Assembly: GCA_965228485.1 (NCBI GenBank)
Contig: OZ245819.1
Location: 690,001 to 722,000 of the forward strand
DNA from: Candidatus Saccharimonadota bacterium
GTDB lineage: Bacteria > Patescibacteriota > Gracilibacteria > UBA4473
Direction: 5' to 3'
DNA length: 32,000 bases
The notes below the pieces were generated by a model. The model was not told where the DNA came from. It did not search any database and worked only from the letters and a program-made list of their open reading frames with translations. The translations under genes were made by a program, and so were the position numbers. Below, in pieces: positions 25,705 to 32,000 of the stretch. Every line of letters starts with the position of its first letter. The first letter of the stretch is position 1.

Positions 25705-26727
25705 TTATTCTTCTGAAGTTGAGTTAGCAGGTGCAGCAGGCATTCCTGCTCCTGGTGTATATCCTCGTTCTCTTAGAACTTGTTCTAGTTCTGTTTTAGC
25801 TTTTTGACCAAATCCTCGTAATTGAGTCAGCTGACTCATTGGAGTTCGAAGAAGTTCTTCTACTGAAGTAATTCCTCCATTTACTAGAGCGTTTAGCGTT
25901 CTTTGAGAGAACCCAAGAATATCGATTGGAGTGAAAGACTCTTCTGCGGCAGCCGCATTAGCTTGTCGCTCTGCATCTTCTTTAGCTTTAATAGCTGAGA
26001 AGCTGGTAGTAAAGTCTTCGTCTGTATAAGCATCCTCTTCGTTGAAGAGTCCAAAATAGCTTTCTAAAATCTGTGCTGAAAGTTTGATAGCGTTATCAGC
26101 ATCAAGACTTCCATCAGTCGTTACATCTAGTTTTAGTTGATCTAGATTTGTTTGATCTCCAACACGGGCTGGAGTCACTTCGTATTTAACTTTTTTCACC
26201 GGAGAAAAATTTGCATCAACCAAAATGAATTCTGGATCTGGTTCAGCAGCATTATCTTCATTAGTGATAATCTTGTAACCAACGCCTTTTTCAACTCGTA
26301 GTTGAATTTTTGATTTACTATCTGCACCATCACAAGTGCAGATTACTTGGCTTGGATCAAGAATTTCAATATCACTTGAAACTTTAAGGTCTTTAGCCGT
26401 GATTTCTCCTGACTTTTTAAGATTAACTTCAATAACTTCCACGTCTTTTGAGTGTTTTTTAAGTCTCAACTCTCGAACGTTTAGAATTACGTCAAGCACT
26501 GATTCTTTTACCCCAGGAATAGCAGTGTATTCGTGAGCAACACCAGAAATTTTAACCGCTGTAACGGCTGTTCCTGGCAAACTAGAAAGCAGAACCCGTC
26601 GCAATGCATTCCCTAGGGTCATCCCAAAACCAGATGGAAGCGGATTAACCACCAAGCTGGCTTGGTGTTTACTCTCCGAATCAATTTTTAGCTTTGGAAC
26701 CCCGATTATTTCATGAAGAATATGCAT
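25705..26727 (-). CDS. rpoA: DNA-directed RNA polymerase subunit alpha
   Basis: 340 aa. PLPSGFGMTLGNALRRVLLSSLPGTAV (N-terminal domain) and LGFSQRTLNALVNGGITSVEELL (C-terminal-domain helix-hairpin-helix). It occupies the usual position between rpsD and rplQ. Confidence 0.95.
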   Translation of the reverse strand: MHILHEIIGVPKLKIDSESKHQASLVVNPLPSGFGMTLGNALRRVLLSSLPGTAVTAVKISGVAHEYTAIPGVKESVLDVILNVRELRLKKHSKDVEVIEVNLKKSGEITAKDLKVSSDIEILDPSQVICTCDGADSKSKIQLRVEKGVGYKIITNEDNAAEPDPEFILVDANFSPVKKVKYEVTPARVGDQTNLDQLKLDVTTDGSLDADNAIKLSAQILESYFGLFNEEDAYTDEDFTTSFSAIKAKEDAERQANAAAAEESFTPIDILGFSQRTLNALVNGGITSVEELLRTPMSQLTQLRGFGQKAKTELEQVLRERGYTPGAGMPAAPANSTSEE

Positions 26728-26761
26728 TTTTTTTTAATAAAGAACTCAAGAAAAAGGTTTA

Positions 26762-27376
26762 TTACCGAGAGTAGAACTCTACGATAGGCTGAGTATTAAT
26801 TAGTGGCTCAAAGTGTTTCGCCTCAGGAATAGAAACAACTTCAATTTTTAGAGCTTTAGTATCAACTTTTAACCAGTCTGGTACATCGTAATTAGATAAC
26901 TCTTCTTTGTTAGAAGTAAAAACTGGTGAATTTTTTCGAGCCGATCGAACTTCGATCACATCTCCAGGACGAAGTTCAATAGAAGGAATATCTACTCGTC
27001 GTCCATTTAATTCAAGTAACCCATGAGAAACAAACTGTCGTGCTTGCATTCTTGTCATAGCTAAACCGGCTCGATAAATAGCATTATCTAGTCGTCGTTC
27101 TAGTAGTTCAAGCAATTTATCCCCTGTAACAGTTTTTGATCGATCAGCTCGATCAAAATATTTTTGAAACTGCTTTTCAGACAGAGCGAAAATTCTTTTA
27201 GCTTTCTGCTTCTCTCTTAACTGCTTAGCGTACTCAGTCATTTTCCCTTGCCGCTTTCCTCCGTGCATCCCTGGGATGTTTGGATTACGAGCAAGAATTT
27301 TTTGGTACTTAGCAGAACCAAAGAGATTTACTCCCTCTCGTCTACATTGTCTGGCTTTTGCACCGGTATATCTCAT
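26762..27376 (-). CDS. rpsD: 30S ribosomal protein S4
   Basis: 204 aa. MRYTGAKARQCRREGVNLF, RLDNAIYRAGLAMTRMQARQFVSHGLLELNGRRVDIPS (S4 domain). Confidence 0.95.
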   Translation of the reverse strand: MRYTGAKARQCRREGVNLFGSAKYQKILARNPNIPGMHGGKRQGKMTEYAKQLREKQKAKRIFALSEKQFQKYFDRADRSKTVTGDKLLELLERRLDNAIYRAGLAMTRMQARQFVSHGLLELNGRRVDIPSIELRPGDVIEVRSARKNSPVFTSNKEELSNYDVPDWLKVDTKALKIEVVSIPEAKHFEPLINTQPIVEFYSR

Positions 27377-27420
27377 TGATAACTATTAATTAGTATTAGT
27401 AATAAATCTAAAATTAGAAT

Positions 27421-27795
27421 CTAAACTTTTCGTTGTCTTCGTGGTCGACATCCTCCATGAGGCAATCGAGTTCGGTCAACGATAGAAGTAATTTCCAATC
27501 CTCCGTTCATCAAACCTCGAATGGTCTGATCTCGTCCTGGACCAACTCCTTTTACAATCACATCCACAGATTGCATCCCAAAGGTTTGAGCTTTTTCAGC
27601 TACAACCTCTGCTGAAACTTGTCCAGCATAAGGCGTTGCTTGTCGAGCCCCCTTAAAACCATTTGCCCCAGGACTACTCCAAGCGAGAACATTTCCCTCT
27701 GGATCAGTCAGGGTGACAATCGTGTTATTATATTGAGCACGAACATAAACCTTTCCGGTCTCAAACTGTTTTCGAACTTTCTTTTTTACAGCCAT
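27421..27795 (-). CDS. rpsK: 30S ribosomal protein S11
   Basis: 124 aa. YVRAQYNNTIVTLTDPEGNVLAWSSPG...GFKGARQATPYA...ITSIVDRTRLPHGGCRPRRQRKV. Confidence 0.95.
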   Translation of the reverse strand: MAVKKKVRKQFETGKVYVRAQYNNTIVTLTDPEGNVLAWSSPGANGFKGARQATPYAGQVSAEVVAEKAQTFGMQSVDVIVKGVGPGRDQTIRGLMNGGLEITSIVDRTRLPHGGCRPRRQRKV

Positions 27796-27800
27796 CAGAA

Positions 27801-28178
27801 TTATTTAGTAACTTTTTTCTTATTAGCAATTGTTGTCTTCTTCCCTCTTTTTGTTCGAGAATTAGTTTTTGTTCTTTGCCCTCGAACAGGAAGACGTCTT
27901 CGATGTCTAAACCCTCGATAAGAACCCACATCTTGTAATCGTTTTACATTTTGTGAAATTTCTCTTCGAAGATCAGACTCCAAAACAAACCCCAAATCAG
28001 CCAAAACTTTTCTCAAAGTCTCTTCCTGATCTGTGGTTAAATCTTTAACTCGCACGCTGCCATCAATCTTAGCGGCTCGACAAATTTCGTCAGCCCGCTG
28101 AGGTCCAACACCGTAAATATATCGTAAACTGATAATCAATCTTTTTTCTGATGGGATAGATGTTCCTGCAATACGCAT
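27801..28178 (-). CDS. rpsM: 30S ribosomal protein S13
   Basis: 125 aa. MRIAGTSIPSEKRLIISLRYIYGVGPQRADEI...SYRGFRHRRRLPVRGQRTKTNSRTKRG. Confidence 0.95.
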   Translation of the reverse strand: MRIAGTSIPSEKRLIISLRYIYGVGPQRADEICRAAKIDGSVRVKDLTTDQEETLRKVLADLGFVLESDLRREISQNVKRLQDVGSYRGFRHRRRLPVRGQRTKTNSRTKRGKKTTIANKKKVTK

Positions 28179-28205
28179 AAGTATATAATTAAATTAAGGT
28201 AAAAA

Positions 28206-28352
28206 TTATTTTAATCTTTTCTTTCGCCCGCCTTGACGGGCTTTGTTTCGAGGATCCTTTTTATCAATTACATAATTCACCCCTTTTCTCCGAACCACCT
28301 GGCAGGTTCGACTTCTTTTTTTCGCAGACTTTAGTGAAGATAGAACTTTCAT
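28206..28352 (-). CDS. rpmJ: 50S ribosomal protein L36, zinc-free (C-minus, YkgO-like) form with a basic C-terminal extension
   Basis: Too short for the ORF track; translated by hand from ATG 28352 to TAA 28206-28208: [48 protein letters not shown] (48 aa). It sits between infA and rpsM, as expected for rpmJ. Only one Cys is present, so the CxxC...CxxxxH zinc ribbon is absent. Confidence 0.85.
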   Translation of the reverse strand: MKVLSSLKSAKKRSRTCQVVRRKGVNYVIDKKDPRNKARQGGRKKRLK

Positions 28353-28354
28353 AT

Positions 28355-28585
28355 TTATCTAAGTCGATAAGTTATACGCCCAATTTCTAGGTTATAAGGA
28401 GAAATGGTTAATTGAACCTTATCCCCAGGAACGATCTTAATGTAATGCATTCTGATCTTTCCTGACATCATTGCTCTTACCTGGTGGCCTTCAAACCCCT
28501 CTGTAGTAAGGTCGACAAGAAATTCCCCTCCGGGAAGATTTTCTTTTACGACACCTTCTACTTCAATGTTTTCGTCTTTTGCCAT
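28355..28585 (-). CDS. infA: Translation initiation factor IF-1
   Basis: 76 aa. [26 protein letters not shown]...[44 protein letters not shown] is a canonical S1-fold IF-1. Confidence 0.95.
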   Translation of the reverse strand: MAKDENIEVEGVVKENLPGGEFLVDLTTEGFEGHQVRAMMSGKIRMHYIKIVPGDKVQLTISPYNLEIGRITYRLR

Positions 28586-28591
28586 CAGTGA

Positions 28592-28641
28592 CTCCCCCTA
28601 AAAAAGCCGCGCGATATTATCAACGACTTGACCCTTGTCAA
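28592..28641 (-). promoter_or_regulatory. Promoter (TTGACA - 16 nt - TAATAT) plus Shine-Dalgarno (GGGGGAG) of the infA-rpsI operon
   Basis: The minus strand reads TTGACAAGGGTCAAGTCGTTGATAATATCGCGCGGCTTTTTTAGGGGGAGTCACTGATG. The -35 element is at 28636-28641, the -10 at 28614-28619, and the SD at 28592-28598, 6 nt before the ATG at 28585. Confidence 0.65.
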
Positions 28642-28720
28642 TCTTTTTTTCTGGCATTTACCAAAAAAAGCATAAATAGGCTCGACCACTTCTTTTTTTT
28701 TCTTAGAATTTCTTGCACAC

Positions 28721-30928
28721 ATGACCGATATTCTTAAAGGACTAAATCCATCACAACACCAGGCTGTTGAACACTTTTCTGGGCCTTTACTCGTATTGGC
28801 TGGGGCTGGAAGTGGAAAAACTCGAGTCCTGACTCACCGAGTTGCCCATATTATGGCGAGTGGTGTTGATGGTCATAAAATTTTAGCCGTAACCTTTACC
28901 AATAAGGCTGCAAAAGAAATGCAGGCTCGAATAGAAAAACTCATTCAGGGAAACCCTACTCTGGGAGGTGGCATGCCTGCCATTGGAACTTTCCATTCTA
29001 TATGTGTCAGAATTCTACGAAAAGAAATCGAATTCTTAGATCAAGGGTTTAGTAAGAATTTTGTGATTTTTGATACGGATGATGCCAAAAGTCTTTTGAA
29101 GATCATTATGAAAGAACAACGCATTGATGAAAAAGAATTCAAGGTAAAGGCTATTCAAAGCCATATCAGCGCCATGAAGAATCTATTGGCCGAACCAGAA
29201 GACCATTTCGATAATCTTGGAATGCTTCACAATAGATTCGCAAAAGTTGTAATGCAAATATTCCCAATTTACCAGAAAAGGCTTATTGAGCATAACGCCC
29301 TAGACTTTGATGACTTATTGCAAAAAGTAGTACAGGTTTGGGAACATCGACCTGAGATTCTAGAGGAATATCAAAATAAATGGCAATATGTATTAGTAGA
29401 TGAGTATCAAGATACCAACTTTGTTCAGTATCGATTTATCCGACTTTTAACAGATATTCACAAAAATCTTTGTGTTGTAGGAGACGACCACCAATCTATC
29501 TACTCTTTTAGAGGGGCTGATTTCCGAAACATCCTTAATTTTGAAAGCGACTACCCTGAGGCAAAGGTTGTCAAACTCGAACAAAACTATCGATCTAGTG
29601 CCAACATTCTTAATAATGCCAACTCACTGATTTCTCATAATGAAACTGGAAGAGAGAAAAACCTCTGGACAGAATCCGATCCTGGTGACCCTATTACCGT
29701 ACAAGAAGTATTTGATGAAAAGTCTGAAGGAAAATTTATTGCTGATAAAATTCGAGATCTTCACCAAAAGGCACAAATTGCCCTATCAAACATTGCCATC
29801 CTCTACAGAATGAATGCTCAATCTCGAGCCCTAGAGGAAGCTCTCATGAGAAATCAAATTCCCTATCAAATTGTGGGAGGAGTTCGATTCTTTGATAGGA
29901 AAGAAATCAAAGATATCATTGCCTATCTTCGACTCATTTTTAATTCAAAAGATGATGTTTCCTTCTTAAGAGTCATTAATACCCCCTCTAGAAAAATTGG
30001 CCCCGCAACTCTAGAAGTCCTAAAAAACTATTCACAAGAATATCAACTGTCATTATTCGAAGTTCTTGGATACATCGATGACATTAACGAACTTTCTAAA
30101 AGCAAAAAACTCGCCCTTCGGAATTTTCGAGATCAAATAAAAGACCTCAAACAGGTGGCCCAGGAAAAACCTATTTCTTTTTTACTCGATGAACTGATCG
30201 AAAAAATTCAGTTTTTCAAATGGCTTGATGACGGAACTAATGAAGGAGAGGCACGGATTCAGAATGTGAGAGAATTATTCTCCGTTGCAGGAAGATACGA
30301 TATGGCCGAAGACAGTTTAGCCGCCTTTCTTGAAGGAGTAGCTCTCATCTCTGACGTGGATCAAATGCAAAACCAAGAAACCGTCACACTCATGACGGTC
30401 CATGCCTCAAAAGGACTGGAGTTTGAAAATGTATTCCTCCCTGGTTGGGAAGAAAACATTTTCCCTTCAAGTAGTAGTCAGTTTTCCAATGAACAACTTG
30501 AAGAAGAACGACGGCTCGCTTACGTAGCCATCACCAGAGCCGAGAAACGTTGCTTCATTAGCCACGCAAAACAGCGAATGCTTTTTGGGCAAAGAGACTT
30601 TACCGCTCCCTCTAAATTCTTATCAGAATTAGACAAGGAGTGCATTGAAAGAAATGAATCTATCGAACAAAACCTAGCCTTTGGCTCAACAAGAAGAACC
30701 GTCAATTTTGATCATCCACTGCTTCAAAGAGCTCCTAAGAATAAAAAGGAAGCCGTCTTTGGTGTTGCTGACAATGAAACCAAATACAAAACTGGAGATA
30801 AGATTAAACATGCAGAGTTTGGCGAAGGGACCATTCTCATGATTGCCGGTGATGTAATCTCTGCCGCCTTCAAAGGTCACGGTGTAAAAAAGATTGTCGC
30901 GTCTATTGCTCCCATTGAGAAGATTTAA
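28721..30928 (+). CDS. pcrA: ATP-dependent DNA helicase PcrA/UvrD (SF1A)
   Basis: 735 aa. LNPSQHQAV, motif I AGAGSGKTRVLTHR, AVTFTNKAAKEM, motif II VDEYQDTN, GDDHQSIYSFRGA, QNYRS, TVHASKGLEFENVFL, RRLAYVAITRAEKR, and a C-terminal Tudor-like GDKIKHAEFGEGTIL. Confidence 0.9.
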   Translation: MTDILKGLNPSQHQAVEHFSGPLLVLAGAGSGKTRVLTHRVAHIMASGVDGHKILAVTFTNKAAKEMQARIEKLIQGNPTLGGGMPAIGTFHSICVRILRKEIEFLDQGFSKNFVIFDTDDAKSLLKIIMKEQRIDEKEFKVKAIQSHISAMKNLLAEPEDHFDNLGMLHNRFAKVVMQIFPIYQKRLIEHNALDFDDLLQKVVQVWEHRPEILEEYQNKWQYVLVDEYQDTNFVQYRFIRLLTDIHKNLCVVGDDHQSIYSFRGADFRNILNFESDYPEAKVVKLEQNYRSSANILNNANSLISHNETGREKNLWTESDPGDPITVQEVFDEKSEGKFIADKIRDLHQKAQIALSNIAILYRMNAQSRALEEALMRNQIPYQIVGGVRFFDRKEIKDIIAYLRLIFNSKDDVSFLRVINTPSRKIGPATLEVLKNYSQEYQLSLFEVLGYIDDINELSKSKKLALRNFRDQIKDLKQVAQEKPISFLLDELIEKIQFFKWLDDGTNEGEARIQNVRELFSVAGRYDMAEDSLAAFLEGVALISDVDQMQNQETVTLMTVHASKGLEFENVFLPGWEENIFPSSSSQFSNEQLEEERRLAYVAITRAEKRCFISHAKQRMLFGQRDFTAPSKFLSELDKECIERNESIEQNLAFGSTRRTVNFDHPLLQRAPKNKKEAVFGVADNETKYKTGDKIKHAEFGEGTILMIAGDVISAAFKGHGVKKIVASIAPIEKI

Positions 30929-31935
30929 GCTTCTTTAAGTTCTCGAACGGTTACACCAAGCTCTTCCAAAACCGATTTAAGCGTTCCTCTCTTCATATCT
31001 TTATTTTTATGAATTGGAACTGGCACGTTCACCCCTACCTTTCGAGAGACGTATACATGGTGTGAGCCTTCAATACGAATGGGACTTCCTAAGATTCTAT
31101 TAAGCTTTCTTTTGAGAGTATTTCCCCCTATGGCTCCTAGGGAGCTCAAAGGGATATCTTTCGATTTTTCCAAATCCACAACAGGATCAACAGCCTCTCC
31201 CGTGTCTACTACAACTTGATTTTCTGGAGAAAGATCAAGATATTCTTCATCCTCAAGAGATTCTAGATGTTGGACAAGTGCGGTAAAAATAGCTTTCTCC
31301 AGGGCGTCTCTAAGGTCTGCTCCTTTTTCTGCATGGAAAGCCTCTCGAAGGTTGTATCGCCCCTTATTAAGAACCACCTTCCCATTACGATAAACATCAA
31401 ACATATAACGGCCTTCATCTCCAGGTAAAGCAACTTCTACAAAAGCCAGAAAAAAGGCTTCGGAAGCAGTTCTTCTATGATCTTCAAAAATATGAGCCCC
31501 CTCAACCTGAACCTCCACCCCTCCTACCTGAAACTTTGCGGCCTTCACCGTTCTCGTGTCCCCTAAATCAACGGCTCTTGACCTTAGCTCTGACAACGAT
31601 TTCCGAGAAGGTGAAGAGGTATTTAGCAAGGCCGACTGGAAATCGGCACTTCTTAAAAGTTTAATAAAATTTAGCTTCTCAGCAAAGTCACTCATGCCTC
31701 GGTTAACCAATGAAGTTGATTCCGCCCCTTGAGAATCTGCTTCGTTCTCTGTTGCAAAACTTAGTGCCATTATTTTTTCGCTAAAGACGCGTTCTTTACC
31801 ATTTCTTACGGCTGCATCCGCAAGCCTCTCTAGGAAATTTGCATTAAAGTAACGATAAGCATGGAGTATCAAAATAGTTCTGATCATTCCATCCTGGAGC
31901 TCAAAACTATTACTCAGGACCGCAAAGTCATTCAT
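30925..31935 (-). CDS. Hypothetical protein with an uncharacterised ~270-aa N-terminal region fused to a C-terminal HicA-like (YcfA) domain
   Basis: 336 aa. The C-terminal ~60 aa, LKRKLNRILGSPIRIEGSHHVYVSRKVGVNVPVPIHKNKDMKRGTLKSVLEELGVTVRELKEA, match the remembered HicA pattern (GSHh....vP.H..kdl..gtl..il.qlgl). No motif was recognised in the N-terminal part. Its stop overlaps the pcrA stop in a palindromic TTAA. By eye, parts of the gene are clearly more GC-rich than neighbouring genes. Confidence 0.55.
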   Translation of the reverse strand: MNDFAVLSNSFELQDGMIRTILILHAYRYFNANFLERLADAAVRNGKERVFSEKIMALSFATENEADSQGAESTSLVNRGMSDFAEKLNFIKLLRSADFQSALLNTSSPSRKSLSELRSRAVDLGDTRTVKAAKFQVGGVEVQVEGAHIFEDHRRTASEAFFLAFVEVALPGDEGRYMFDVYRNGKVVLNKGRYNLREAFHAEKGADLRDALEKAIFTALVQHLESLEDEEYLDLSPENQVVVDTGEAVDPVVDLEKSKDIPLSSLGAIGGNTLKRKLNRILGSPIRIEGSHHVYVSRKVGVNVPVPIHKNKDMKRGTLKSVLEELGVTVRELKEA

Positions 31936-32000
31936 TACCGAAAAAGAGAGTGAAGCTTTGTATGGGTTTGCTTCATCTTGAGAAAAATCCTCTGTGTCTA

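Noticed and set aside
28721-31935. PcrA/UvrD helicase plus HicA-fusion as a two-gene defence module
   Set aside because: The helicase has all housekeeping PcrA hallmarks, including the C-terminal Tudor-like domain. The two genes are convergent rather than co-transcribed.
1-32000. Alternative genetic code (UGA read as Gly, as in Gracilibacteria/SR1-type lineages)
   Set aside because: Conserved genes (rpoA, pcrA, pilB, pilC, ribosomal proteins) are full length and uninterrupted under the standard code. Reading through the TGA that ends the fibre ORF gives a short nonsense tail, not the S74-like domain.
1-32000. tRNA, rRNA, CRISPR arrays, riboswitch-sized leaders
   Set aside because: Intergenic regions are all 151 nt or shorter and AT-rich. 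None showed cloverleaf-type or repeat-spacer structure on inspection.

Overview
Low-GC bacterial fragment read in the standard genetic code. Gene content looks like a CPR/Patescibacteria-type or other small-genome organism, but this taxonomic guess is tentative. All calls rest on ORF structure and motifs recognised by eye; no searches were run. Contents, left to right: (1) 1-8674, minus strand: a tightly packed five-gene operon of secreted or membrane proteins. It holds two paralogous VirB2/TrbC-like two-helix pilin modules (one fused to PKD domains), a 1176-aa PKD / ~590-aa coiled coil / PKD protein, a 3-TM protein with six PKD domains, and a truncated secreted protein. No ATPase or known secretion machinery is present. 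(2) purL (FGAM synthase II) occurs as two separate ORFs, the C-terminal half at 8744-9766 and the N-terminal half at 21821-23122. They share strand and N-to-C order, and ~12 kb lies between them. (3) That 12 kb holds an hslR-like S4 gene, an SLH + beta-propeller wall protein, pilB, a signal-peptide tail-fibre-like glycine-rich protein whose S74-like chaperone domain is in a different frame, and a translationally coupled pilN/O-like, pilC and four-minor-pilin operon. No major pilin, pilD, pilM or pilT is present. (4) An RmuC-like membrane-anchored nuclease. (5) A ribosomal/RNAP operon infA-rpmJ-rpsM-rpsK-rpsD-rpoA-rplQ-rplM-rpsI with a strong promoter and an intrinsic terminator; rpmJ was missing from the ORF track. 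(6) pcrA/uvrD. (7) A 336-aa protein ending in a HicA-like domain. No tRNA, rRNA, CRISPR array, integrase or transposase was seen.
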